64,000 bases of DNA from Octopus sinensis (Eukaryota): the NCBI RefSeq assembly GCF_006345805.1, contig NC_043017.1:21452001-21516000 (forward strand). Direction: 5' to 3'. The notes under the pieces are model-generated. The model was not told the DNA's origin. It saw nothing but the letters and a program-made list of their open reading frames with translations, and made no database searches. The translations under genes were made by a program, and so were the position numbers. Positions 38,955-51,789 of the stretch are shown here, piece by piece. The number at the start of each line of letters is the position of its first letter. Position 1 is the first letter of the stretch.

Positions 38955-39519
38955 TATATATATACACACACACATGTATGTATATATATATTTACATGCA
39001 AACACACATACTGACATACACACACTATGCGCAACCATTCAACACCTTTACTTCACTCTCTCTCTCCCTCTTCCCCAAAGACAAGTATTACATTTTAATC
39101 TCTGTCAAAGAATTCACTGTCCAATTGTAGAACAAGATTGATTCCATTGGAAATCTCCATCATGTGATTCTATTGCAACAACAGGAATCTTGGGGCCTTT
39201 GGAGCAGCTTATTTTTATTTCTAAATTTGAAGAACAATATTTAAAAGCAGCAAAGCAAATGAGACATAATAAAAAAAACAACAACAACAGAGATTATCGT
39301 GTTAGAAACGATTAGTTTAATATCAGCAGATGAGCATGAAATTGTGGTGTATAGGACAAACAGACAGACTGACACAGGGAAAGACAGGGAGGTTTATAAA
39401 TAGATAAATTGATATTTGTTTTTCTTTTTCTTTCTAGTTTCAGCTCAGAGCTGCGGCCATGCTGATAAATTATATATATATATATGTATATGTATGTATA
39501 TATATATATATATATATAT

Positions 39520-39860
39520 CATCATCATCATCGTTTAACGTCCGTTCTCCATGCTAGCATGGGTTGGACAGTTCGACCGGGGATCTGGGAAGCAAGAAGG
39601 CTGCACCAGGCTCCGGTCTTATCTGGCAATGTTTCTACAGCTTGATGCCCTTCCTAACGCCAACCACTCCGTGAGTGTAGTGGGTGCTTTTTACATGCCA
39701 CCTGCACTGGTGCCAGTCGAGGCTGGCATCGGCCACGGTCAGATTAGTGCATTTTACGTGCCACCGGCACAGAAGCCAGTCGAGGCGGCACTGGCTTCGA
39801 CCACGATTCGGATGGTGCTTTTTATGTGCCACTGACACAGAAGCCAGTCGAGGTGGAAAC
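39520..39860 (-). mobile_element. RTE-tail repeat (3'UTR fragment)
   Basis: Homologous to 4130-4420. Confidence 0.85.
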
Positions 39861-41096
39861 AGATAAATAGATAGACAGCTAGATAAACAGCTAGCTAGAA
39901 AGATAGATAAATAGATAGATAGACTGAGAGATAGTGTGATACACTGATAAATAAATAAATCGATACCTAATTACATAGATTGACAGATAGACTTATTGGT
40001 AAATAGATACCTAGATAGTTAGATTCATAGGAAGACTGACAAGCTGACAGCAGAGAGGTAGGTATACACTCAGAGAGCTAGATAAACCGAATGATAGATG
40101 GTCATGTCGAAAGATAGACAGACTGAATGAAAAAGAGAAAAAGAGAGAGAGAGAGAGCGTGTGTGTGTGTGTCTGTAACAGACAGACTGGTATTATTAAC
40201 TCTTCTAAATCAACAATTAATACCCCTAATTATACAACATCCTGTGGAATTTTCCAGACAGTTCCTAGGGGGTGTGACAAGGTGGTTACAGATTTCTTTC
40301 CACACTATCATCACCAAACAATAAAAGGAATATCGACAATTTCAAAATAGTAAGAGGAATTGGTATCACAAATTATGATAATATATAGTCTATGGATGAC
40401 ATTGGGGGAAAATATCCTGGAAATAACTGAGGAAAATTATATAAAGTATAAATTTAAGAAAAATGGTGGAGTAATATTTTGGATGAGAATTTCTAGATAA
40501 TATAACAGTTATCAAATATTAAAGTCTTTCTGTGGCTCAAACGTAAGAGAAAATGTGTACCTTCATATGGTAATTATTTATAGCTATACGAAGTGGATAT
40601 TTATGTGTGTGTGTGTGTGTGTGTTTTGTAAAGTGTCCAAAATGGCTGCTGTTTCATTGTTGTCTTGATGTTTGTAAGTACTTGGTAATTCTGAAGATAT
40701 CTCAAAGATGCAGGAGAGGAAAGAAAGCAGGAAATTTTAACGTGTGTTATCCAAAGCAAAGGTGTCCTCATCATCATCGTCATCATCATCATTATCACAA
40801 GACCCACCATCGCCACCACCAGCATCACTACCACCATCACTACCACCACCACTACCAGCATCACCACCACCACCACCACCACCACCATCACTACCACCGC
40901 CGCCATCACCACCACCACCACCACCACCACCACAATCACCACCATCATCATCATCATCATCATTGCCATTGGTTTATCTTCCACTTTTCCATTCTTGCAT
41001 GAATCAAAATTTGTTGGAGGCAGATTTTTCTACAGCCCGGATGCTCTTTCAGTTACCAACCCTTGGCTGTTTCCAGTCCAGGTAATATATTCTCTG

Positions 41097-41325
41097 GCGG
41101 TGAGCTGGCAGAAACGTTAGCGCGCCGGGCTAAATGCTTAGTGGTATTTCGTCTGCCGCTACGTTCTGAGTTCAAATTCCACGGAGGTCGACTTTGCCTT
41201 TCATCCTTCCGGGGTCGATTAAATAAGTACCAGTTACGCACTGGGGTCGATATAATCGACTTAATTCGTTTGTCTGTCCTTGTTTGTCCTTTCTGTGTTT
41301 AGCCCCTTGTGGGTAGTAAAGAAAT
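41097..41325 (+). mobile_element. SINE family B with 17-bp TSD
   Basis: TSD AGGTAATATATTCTCTG at 41080-41096 and 41326-41342. Confidence 0.9.
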
Positions 41326-41793
41326 AGGTAATATATTCTCTGATTAGACTTGTATACATAGAAGACTGAAAGTGGATGACACTGCTTGCATGATGGGAAC
41401 AGTGACTGTATCTCTTGCTTGAGATTGAGACAAGAAGACACACATGCACAAACACCTCACTATGCAACTGGTTCATTATTTAATAAACTGAGAAAAGATG
41501 AAAGGCAAGACTTGAACTTACAATGCCCAGTGTGCTAACAATTCTGCCAGCTACTATAGGCACAAAGTCTGAAGTTTTGGTGGAGGGAATTAGTGGACTA
41601 CAATGACCTCACTGTCTTACTGGTACATAATTTATCAACCTGGAAAGGCTGAAAAGCAAGGATGATCTTGGCAAGACTTGAACTCACAATGCCCAGTATG
41701 CTAACAATTCTGCCAGCTACTATAGGCACAAAGTCTGAAGTTTTGGTGGAGGGGATTAGTGGATTACAATGACCTCACTGTCTTACTGGTACA

Positions 41794-42183
41794 GTGGAGG
41801 CGCAATGGCCTAGTGGTTAGGGCAGCGGACTCGCGGTCATAGGATCGCGGTTTCAATTCCCAGACCGGGCGTTGTGAGTGTTTATTGAGCGAAAACACCT
41901 AATGCTCCACGAGGCTCCGGCAGGGGGATGGTGGTGATCCCTGCTGTATTCTTTCACCACAACTTTCTCTCACTCTTACTTCTTGTTTCTGTTGTACCTG
42001 TATTTCAAAGGGCCGGCCTTGTCACTCTCTGTGTCATGCTGAATATCCCCGAGAACTACGTTAAGGGTACACGTGTCTGTGGAGTGCTCAGCCACTTACA
42101 CGTTAATTTCACGAGCAGGCTGTTCCGTTGATTCGGATCAACCGGAACCCTCGTCGTCGTAACCGACGGAATGCTTCCACTCC
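41794..42183 (+). mobile_element. SINE family C with 9-bp TSD, inserted in a ~167-bp tandem duplication
   Basis: TSD ACTGGTACA at 41785-41793 and 42184-42192. Confidence 0.88.
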
Positions 42184-42618
42184 ACTGGTACATAATTTAT
42201 CAACCTGGAAAGGCTGAAAAGCAAGGATGATCTTGGCAAGACTTGAACTCACAATGCCCAGTATGCTAACAATTCTGTCAGCTTGCCGTCTTAATGATAA
42301 TAATAATAACAAGAGCACTCAGAGAGTGCAAACCTCTGCAAGGCAACACCAAAATCCTCTCAACGATTAGCTGGAGAGGACTTTTAAAATGAGAAAGTCT
42401 GAAATAAACTTGACTGCTCTCACAAATTTATCGACCTTGAAAGGGTGTAAAGCAAAGTTGACCTCAGCAGAATTTGAACTCATTGCATAAAGGTGGACAA
42501 AATGCCCCTAAGCATTTTGCCTGGTATGCTAATGATTCTGCCAGCTCGTCTTATTATTATTATTATTATTATCATCATCAATAATAATAATAATAATAAT
42601 AATAATGATAATAATAAC

Positions 42619-42666
<48 letters not shown>

Positions 42667-42925
42667 CATAATAATAATGATAAAAGTAATAATGGTTTCA
42701 AATTTTGCCACAAGGGTAACCATTTTGGTGAAGGGGATGAGTCAATTACATCGACCACCACTGTTTCACTGGTACTTAATTTATCGACCCCGAAAAGGGT
42801 GAAAAGCTAATTTGACCTCAGCAGAATTTGAACCTAGAACATAGCAATGGGCGAAATACCACTAAGCATTTCGTTCAGCGTGCTAACAATTTTGCCAATC
42901 CACCACCTTAATAATGATGATGATG

Positions 42926-42977
<52 letters not shown>

Positions 42978-44574
42978 TGATGATAATGATAATAATAGCT
43001 GTAAATAATCGCAAGTCTAAATCATTTACACACAAAATTTGTGTGTTATTTTTTGGAATTATTCTGCTGGTTGCTTTTCAGGAATTATAATTTTATTCTC
43101 TTTAACAAAGAACCACCAACACCATGGTGACAATGACAATTGCGACAACCCCTAGCACCACCATCTCAACCTCCGTTGTCATCACACCTACCACAACCAC
43201 CACAACCACCACCACCAACACCTTCTGATGTGTGTCTCTTCCTGGCTCTTTTTCTGCCTCTTGCTTCTCAGTTTAAAAAAAGTTCTTTTCACTGTCTTCA
43301 TATAATTTATTTCAATTTATTTATAATTTAAATATAATTAATTTAAAATCTGGAGGAAAGCATATTTGCTTCTTTCATTCATGGGTTTTTTGGTTTTTTT
43401 TTTCAATTTTTCATTTTTTAAAAATGTTTTGGTGGTGATGGTGATGGGGTATTGGAGGTGGTGGTTGTAGTGGTTGGTGGTGGTGGTGGTGGTAGTGGAG
43501 TTTCATGAAGGCAAAAATCAGAAATTAAAAATTAACTGTAATGTGATGATGACATTTGATAAATCCTTTCAGAGCTGCATCGCGTCGCTGATGTTCGGAC
43601 AGAGGGATATGACTTTAACAAGGTTAGCAACAACACCACGACCACCACCACCACCACCACCAACAACAACAATAGCATCCACAACAACAACGACAACAAC
43701 AAAAGGTGTTAAAACAAGCAAAAACAAATACACAAAGGGTCAATGATATAGTGTTGGTTGTTCGTTAGTCATCTATGTTTTCGGTGCTGGTAGAAATCAA
43801 AATAAAATGAATGACTGCCGGAATTTACTAATTAGATAACGATCAATTACCTTTTAATTTGATTTTAAATATCTACACGTGCTGAGGGGGAAACTGATGC
43901 AAAAATACGTAAATATAGGAATAAATAAATAGATAAATAAATAAATAAAACAAGTGAATAAATAAATAAAATGGAGCAAAAATATTACATCATGTCACAA
44001 TGTATGAAATGTTGGCACTTTGTGGGGCTCTGTGGCACTCTGTGGCACTTCTTTGGTTTTTGTTTTGCATGATTATTTTGCGAGGATTGCAAGAGTTGGG
44101 TGGGTGTGGGTGGGGGTGCATGTCTAGATGCCTGTATTTTTTTCTGTTTTTGGTTTTCTTCTCATCCAGTGACATAATGCCAATGGGAGGGTGACCATGA
44201 TGATGATGATGATCATCATCATCATTAGCAGCATCATCTTCATAGTCATCATTGTTTAATGTCTGGTCTTCCATGCATGCACGGGTGAGCAGGACAGTTG
44301 ATAGGAGCTGGCCAAGTAGAAAACTAACCCCTGGGCCACTGTGGCTGTTTTTTGGCAGGGTTTTTCACAGCTGGGTGCCCTTCCTAACACCAACCACTCT
44401 GTAGAGTGGACTGAGTGCTCTTTATGTGGCACTGGCAAACCATGTGGCAGGGAAACAAAGAACAATATAGGACCATGGACAGCACAGTAGTAGCAGCAGC
44501 AGCAGCAGCAGCAGCAGCAGTGGTAATCTCTTTCATGTTTTTATTCTTTGACTTGTCTCAGTCGTTAAACTATG

Positions 44575-45070
44575 GTGAAGCTACGTGGCTTAGTGGTGAG
44601 GATGTTGGACTTGTAATTGTAAGATTGTGGTTTCAATTCCTGGTGCGGGCAATACATTTTGTTCTTGAGCAATACACAATATTTCACGTTGCCTAAGTCC
44701 ACTCAGCCGGCAAAAGTGAGTCATCCTGTAATAGACCGGCATCCCATCCAGGTGGGGAAATATACACCATGGAAACCGGAAAACCAGAAAACCGGCCCTT
44801 ATGAGTCAGTATGACTTGGGAAGGAAACTTTACCTTTTGTGGAGGTGCATGGCTTAGTGGTAAGGGTGTTGGACTGATGATTGTAATATTGTGGGTTCAA
44901 TTCCTGGACTGGGCAATGCATTGTATTCTTGAGCAAAATACATCATTTCACGTTGCTCCACTCGACTGGTAAAAAAGAGTAATCATGCAAAGGACCAGTG
45001 TCCCATCCAGGTGGGGGATTCACACATCATGGAAACTGGGAAGCCAGCCCTTAAGAAGGTAACTTTATCC
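44575..45070 (+). mobile_element. Two diverged head-to-tail copies of a tRNA-derived SINE (family D)
   Basis: Both begin GTGNAG..CRTGGCTTAGTGGT, contain GTTTCAATTCC/GGTTCAATTCC and CCCATCCAGGTGGGG, and end AAGG.AACTTTA. Confidence 0.7.
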
Positions 45071-45839
45071 GAAGGTAACTAGTCATTAAACTAGGGCACT
45101 GCCTTGGTGTGTTAGAACATTAGAATACTGGAAAAAAATACCTTCTGATCTTTAGGCATATTCTTTTCATGTTTTGAGATCAAACGCCACATAGGTCAAA
45201 TTTGGTCTTTCATTCCTCTGAGGTTGATAAGAATAAGTACCACTGTATAAAGGTGCAGCTGATTATATTGAAAATGCCACTCCACTCTGAATGGAGTGGC
45301 ATTCCGAAAGAATTATCTGTGCCTTTGGGGACAATGCTACAAGTATGGTCACTTTCGGATAATTGATGATTATTTGAGAATAGAAGAATACAAAGATGCT
45401 GCTGCTGCTGCTGCTGATGATGATGATGGGTGGTGGGGGTGGCAATGGTGGTTATAGTGGAAGTGGCTGGGGTGGTGAAGACAATAATGATGGTAGTACT
45501 GGTGATGGGGGTAGCGGCAGTGGTGGTGGTGGTTATGGTGGAGATGGTGGTAGTGATGGTGGCGAGGATGAAGAAGATGGTGGTTGTGTTGGTGGTGGTG
45601 GTGATGGCGATGGCAGCGGAATTAGTGATGACAATGTTAGTTGTGGTGATGATGGTGGTTGTAGTAGTAGTAGTAAAAATGATGGTGGTGGTATTGGCAG
45701 AGATGGTGATGTTGATGATAGTAACAGTATTGGTGGTAGAGATGATGGTTGTGGTGATGATATTGGTGTTGGAAGTGTTGGGGGTAGTGGAGATGATTGT
45801 GACAAACAGACAGACGCGTAATAATATTTATTAGTAATT

Positions 45840-46092
45840 ACGAGAAGGAAAACGACAAGGAAGAAAGAAAGAACGAAAGAAAAACAAACAAACAAAGACA
45901 GAAAGAAACAAACAAACAAACAAAAAGAAAGATACAAAGAAAGAAAGAAAGAAAGAAGAAAAGAAAGAAAGATACAAAGAAAGAAACAAAGAAACAAAGA
46001 CAGAAAGAAAGAAAGAAAGAAGAAAAGAAAGAAACAAACAAACAAACAAAGAAGGAAACAAAGACAAAGAAAGAAACAGAGATAGAAAGAAA

Positions 46093-46126
<34 letters not shown>

Positions 46127-46182
46127 AAAAAGAAACAAAGAAAGAAACAAATAAACAAACAAAGAAAGAAAGAAAGAAAAGG
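45840..46182. repeat. (GAAA/CAAA)n compound tetranucleotide tract
   Basis: Direct inspection. Confidence 0.9.
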
Positions 46183-46728
46183 AATGCCTAGTATGGTAGC
46201 GCTGCTGCTAAAGAAATATTCTTCTTGCAATGCTCCTGCAATGACCTCTCCATTGACAGACAGTAGAGGGTGGGGCTAAACAAAACCAGCCACAGAACAA
46301 CACTGAAATATTCATGGGCCGTTCTTCCATAACCATTTCACTTTCAGAAGACAACAACATCTCATATTAATGAGTTCAATTCTCGTAATGGGCGGCACAC
46401 ACGTTTCTTTTTTTTTTTTTGTGTGTGTTTCATGGCAAAAATGATTGTTTCTTTAATACTGTGATCTGTTTATTTCTTCATTTTTTTTTAGTTTTTGCTT
46501 GCATTCAGTCATTAGATCGTGGCCATGCGGGGGCACCACATCGAAGAATTTTTCGTCGAATGAATCAATCCCAGCACTTACTTGTATTTCAAACTTACGT
46601 GCTTATCCTGTTAGTCTCTTTTTTTGCTGAGATGCTATGTTACAGGGACTTAAACAAACCAACACCGGTTGTGAAGCAGTGGTGGGGAACAAAGTTGGTG
46701 GGGGACAAACACATACACAAAGACACTT

Positions 46729-46760
<32 letters not shown>

Positions 46761-47221
46761 TACATGCATCTTCTATTGGTAAGAAATACTGAAATAAAAC
46801 TGAATAACCACACACACACACACACACACACATACACGCACACACACCTGATGGCTTCTCTTGTCAAAGATGATGTATCAGCATTCAGCTTTTGACAAAC
46901 AACCTGCACAAATGAATTGCTTGTGGTGATCAAATGCATGTGCTCTACTTCAGCTCACTCCCCACATCAAATAGACGTTGCTTGAACAGGGGCACAGTGT
47001 ACCATGCATCAGGTGGTGAAGTAATTGCAGAACAAACGTGAAATGTATTGTTTTGCCCAAGAACACAACACATTGATTGGTCTAGGAATTGAAACCACGA
47101 TGTCACGATCGTGAGGGCAACACCTTTAGTCTACACATCCTCACTATATATATATATAAGCACTCATACACACATTCATATATATATATATATACACATA
47201 TATATATATATATATATATAT

Positions 47222-47256
<35 letters not shown>

Positions 47257-47534
47257 CACAAAATGGAGAAATTTTGATCAACAACAATTGACTAACATCA
47301 ATTATAATTTTTTAATGCAAAACTTTATCCCATCTAACAGCCGTTTCTGTTTCCAATGTCCCGTAGTATTGCCATTGAAAAGTCTGAGAATAATGTTCAT
47401 CGTGTTTTGTAAAACATCTGATCTGGTGTATACTGGAAGGCACTTGCTCAAAGTTCCATGCAGTGTGACTGAACCTGGAACCATGTGGTTGAGAAGAACA
47501 CTTCTTACCACAGAGCCACATCTACATTTATATA

Positions 47535-47571
<37 letters not shown>

Positions 47572-48534
47572 AGTAAAAAAGGGTCAGACCCTGTGACCTT
47601 CTTCAGGGATTCTGAAACTGGTGGGAGGAGAATGTAAGTTGTTGTCAGACCAGACCAGACCAAAGATGCACGTTAAATAATGGTAACAGTGTGGACTCCA
47701 TTAATCACAGACAAAGTACCAAATGACCTTCTGGAGAGAGATAAAAAAAAAGCTTCGATGATTTTCACTCATTAATGCATGTCACTTGGTAACTTGTATC
47801 CTGCTTTCACATATCTCCTATCTTTTACCTTTCACTAGTTTCAGGTGTTGGACTGTGGCCTTGCTGGGGCACTGAATTGAAGAGTTTTAGATAAATAAAC
47901 TGACCTCAGTACTTATTCTGTTATTTTTTGTTTCTTTTCTTTTCTTTTTTTTCTTTTTCAAGTCTGATTACATTTCTCACAGGTCTCTTTTGCTGAAATG
48001 CTCGGTTATAGGGATGTAAACAAACTAACTCTGGCCTTCTTGTGGTGATGATGAGGACAAACACAGACACAAAGACACACACACATGAAGGGATTCTTCA
48101 CAGTTTCCATCTTCCAAATTCCCTCACAAGGCATTGGTCAGTCTCTGTGGGGAGGGGGGGGCTATAGAAGACAGTTACCCATGGTACTGTACAATAAACT
48201 TACCCCAAGACCGTTTGATTGCAAAGTATCCAACCATGCCAGTCACCACTTATGGAGAAAATACATTAAAGAAAGAGATGAAAGCCACATGATCTCCATC
48301 AGCTAATAGTGTATGAGAAAGAAACTAACTTTAACAGCAACGAGAAGAATAAGAAAAATGTTCCTGAAAATTGTTTATTTAATATCTGTTTTAGGGCAGA
48401 CTTTATTTCACACATGAAGGAAATTAAAAAATTGCAATACTGTTGTTGGTGTTGTTGCTGTCAGCAAGGGTTTTTGTAAACATACAACATATTAAATATT
48501 GAAAACATACATTCAGAAAAGTTACATGTTGGTG

Positions 48535-48574
<40 letters not shown>

Positions 48575-49506
48575 ATGAGTGTGTGAGACTGCAAGTGTGT
48601 TTAAATATACAAATATGTATTTATACACATCTATATATCTATATCTCTCTATATATATATTATATATGTGTGTGTGTGTGTGTGTGTGTTTGTATGGATG
48701 CATGTAACAGATTTTCAAATATGTAAACTAATAACAATGTGTGTGCGTGCATATATAGATATGTATGTATCTACACATGTGTGTGTGTGTGTGTATATAT
48801 ATGTATGTATGTTTATATATTATATTACATATGTATTTCAATTTAGTGCAAGACAAAATATCCCTTATTGTTCGTTCTTTGGAACTTTTAAGGGGAATAA
48901 ACCAGGATCAAAGAGTTTATTTTTCACCTTTTTTCATTTTATTTAATTTTACTGAATGTTTTTTTCCTTTAAAATAACTCCCTTTATCGTATTTTATTGA
49001 AATATATTGGATAATATAACAGTTTGTTCTTTACACAAAAGAAAGAAGTTGAAGACATCTATATATATATATATATAATTATTTGAGGGAATATTATTCC
49101 TAACTTACAGGGAAGAATTCAATTTAGAAATACTAAATCAAATTTCACAAAATATAATATATATATATATAAAAATTAGAAAAAAAACACCTTTTATCAA
49201 TTCAAAATGAACAATTAAATTACACCATCTAGAAAATTACATATAATAGAATATTAAAAATAAAATAACAATAATATACCGTTTATTTTTAATATTTCTA
49301 TTATATGCAATTTTCTAGATGGTGTAATTTAATTGTTCATTTTGAATGGATAAAAGGTGGATTTTTCTAATTTATATATATATAAATATATATACATATA
49401 TAGATAGATAGATAGTTCTGCATTTGCATGGAGGATTCAAAAAATTATAACATATAGACACGAGGCACATTCTTTATCGCCTCCTGTCTATATGTGAACC
49501 CTGGCA

Positions 49507-49593
49507 TCCTGCTGATGAAGCAATGCCAGTTGTAAATTAAAATTATTTTATTTTGATTTATACAAGATTGCAGAAATTATGCATAGTCCAGGA
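49507..49593 (+). ncRNA. Type I hammerhead ribozyme candidate with extended helix II
   Basis: TCCTG-CTGATGA-A-GCAAT...ATTGC-A-GAAA-TTA(TGCA)TAG-TC-CAGGA; all three helices pair, GUC cleavage triplet. Confidence 0.7.
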
Positions 49594-49769
49594 AAGATAG
49601 GGTAAATGTTTTTATTTTTCATTCCCTTTCAGAATTGCAACTATTAGTGGCTTGGAGTTTTAACTGCTCTTTCTAGTGAGTCAGATGTCCTATTATGGTC
49701 ATCTCTTATGTGTTTAAATGCACACTGTATTTTTTCTATGAATATATATATATACTCATCATCATTCAT

Positions 49770-50454
49770 CATCATCATCATCATTTAGCGTCCGTTTTCC
49801 ATGCTAGCATGGGTTGGACGGTTAACTGGGGTCTGGGGAGCCGAAGGCTGCACCAGGCCAGTCAGATCTGGCAGTGTTTCTACAGCTGGATGCCCTTCCT
49901 AACGCCAACCACTCCGAGAGTGTAGTGGGTGATTTTATGTGTGCCACCGACACAGGTGCCAGACGAGGGCTGCGCGAACGGCCACGCTCGGATGGTTTTG
50001 TTTTTGTGCCACCGACACAGGTGCCAGACGAGGTGGCAGACGGCCACGCTCGGATGGTGTTTTTATGTCCACCACACACAGGTGCCAGATGAGGCTGGCG
50101 GACGGCCACGATTCGGATGGTGTTTGTTACGTCCCCAAAGCACGGAGGCCAGTCTATGCGGTACTGGCTACGGCCAAGTTCGGATGATTTTCTTGTGTGC
50201 CCACCGGCCTGGTACACAAAGATACAATTCCATTTATGTTCATGTGCACCGGCACTGGTACCACAAAGATACAAATTCCATTTATGTTCATCTATTTTGA
50301 TTTGTTTTGATTTGATTTGATTGATTTGATTTTCACTTGCCTCAACAAGGTCTTCACAAGTGTCCACAAGAAGGAAGGTATGCATGGTGGACTGTCTACG
50401 TCGCCGGGTCTTCGGATGGTGTCTTAGGTGCCACCGACACAGGTGCCAGATGTG
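49770..50454 (-). mobile_element. RTE-tail repeat with a ~55-bp internal minisatellite, running into the gap
   Basis: Repeated GTGCCACCGACACAGGTGCCAGA units; near-duplicate at 50900-51332. Confidence 0.8.
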
Positions 50455-50554
50455 NNNNNNNNNNNNNNNNNNNNNNNNNNNNNNNNNNNNNNNNNNNNNN
50501 NNNNNNNNNNNNNNNNNNNNNNNNNNNNNNNNNNNNNNNNNNNNNNNNNNNNNN
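50455..50554. other. Assembly gap (100 N)
   Basis: Run of N. Confidence 1.
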
Positions 50555-50899
50555 GCTGATCAACTAAGTTATTGGCAGGTGACAATCTCTCTATATATAC
50601 TACAATTTATATACATACATACATATATGTATATATATAACTTATTTTTAAAAAAAATTCTATTGACTAGCTTCCCGATTTCAGTACAACATATTTCTGT
50701 AGTGAGTATATATATGGAAATTGACGATTTAAAAGTCTGTTATCAGCATGTTGGCATAGAAATAATTTTTCTTTTGCCCTTGTTTATAAGTTGTTTATAA
50801 TTTTAACCTTTAAAGGTATTTTAATATGCTGCCACTTTTTGATGAAATTTTTTCTGTCAAAAACTTCATCTTTTATTAGTAGTGCATATATATATATAT

Positions 50900-51332
50900 C
50901 ATCATCATCATCATCATTCATTTAGCGTCCGTTTTCCATGCTAGCATGGGTTGGACGGTTCAACTGGGGTCTGGGGAGCCCGAAGGCTGCACCAGGCCAG
51001 TCAGATCTGGCAGTGTTTCTACAGCTGATGCCCTTCCTAACGCCAACCACTCCGAGAGTCTAGTGGGTGATTTTATGTGCCACCGACACAGGTGCCAGAC
51101 GAGCTGGCGAACGGCCACGCTCGGATGGTGTTTTTATGTGCCACCGACACAGGTGCCAGACGAGGCTGGCAGACGGCCACGCTCGGATGGTGTTTTTATG
51201 TGCCACCGACACAGGTGCCAGATGAGGCTGGCGAACGGCCACGATCGGATGGTGTTTGTTACGTGCCCGCAGCATGGAGGCCAGTCGATGCGGTACTGGC
51301 TACGGCCACGTTCGGATGGTTTTCTTGTGTGA
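50900..51332 (-). mobile_element. RTE-tail repeat with internal minisatellite
   Basis: Near-identical start to the 49770 copy. Confidence 0.8.
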
Positions 51333-51505
51333 GATATATATATATATATATATATAAGTAGTTGAATGAATTATCCTAGTATGGATAATTCAGTTAACCG
51401 ATACCTGGGTAGCAAATTCATGTCAGAAAAACTTGGTTGAAGCTACATGCCAAGGGCAGAGATCACGTGCTTTTGTGTGGAAATTTGTGTATTTTTTTAA
51501 TACAA

Positions 51506-51705
51506 ATAAATGAAAGAATGGAGTTGAACGACGATTTAACAAAATTCCTTTATTCTCGACATATGTTTCGAAGGCTGCATATTCCTAATTTCGAAGGAAA
51601 TGCACCCCTTATTCCTTCGAAATTAGGAATATGCAGCCTTCGAAACATATGTCGAGAATAAAGGAATTTTGTTAAATCGTCGTTCAACTCCATTCTTTCA
51701 TTTAT
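51506..51705. repeat. Perfect fold-back palindrome (94-bp arms, 12-nt loop)
   Basis: 51506-51599 is the reverse complement of 51612-51705. Confidence 0.9.
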
Positions 51706-51789
51706 CTATATATATATATATATATATACATATATTTGTATACTTCTTTCCATGGGTATATGTAAGTATTCCATTTATACTTATTGTGT

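Noticed and set aside
41794-41870. tRNA-like sequences at SINE C, A, B and D heads
   Set aside because: A/B-box remnants continue directly into SINE bodies and lack a clean acceptor stem; not functional tRNA genes.
45396-45834. Gly/Asp-rich ORF resembling a glycine-rich structural protein
   Set aside because: Degenerate (GGT/GAT)n low-complexity tract, open in several frames; indistinguishable from neighbouring microsatellite fields.
47575-47612. Minus-strand CTGAAGA followed by a GGTCA/TGACC stem
   Set aside because: No GAAA after the stem.
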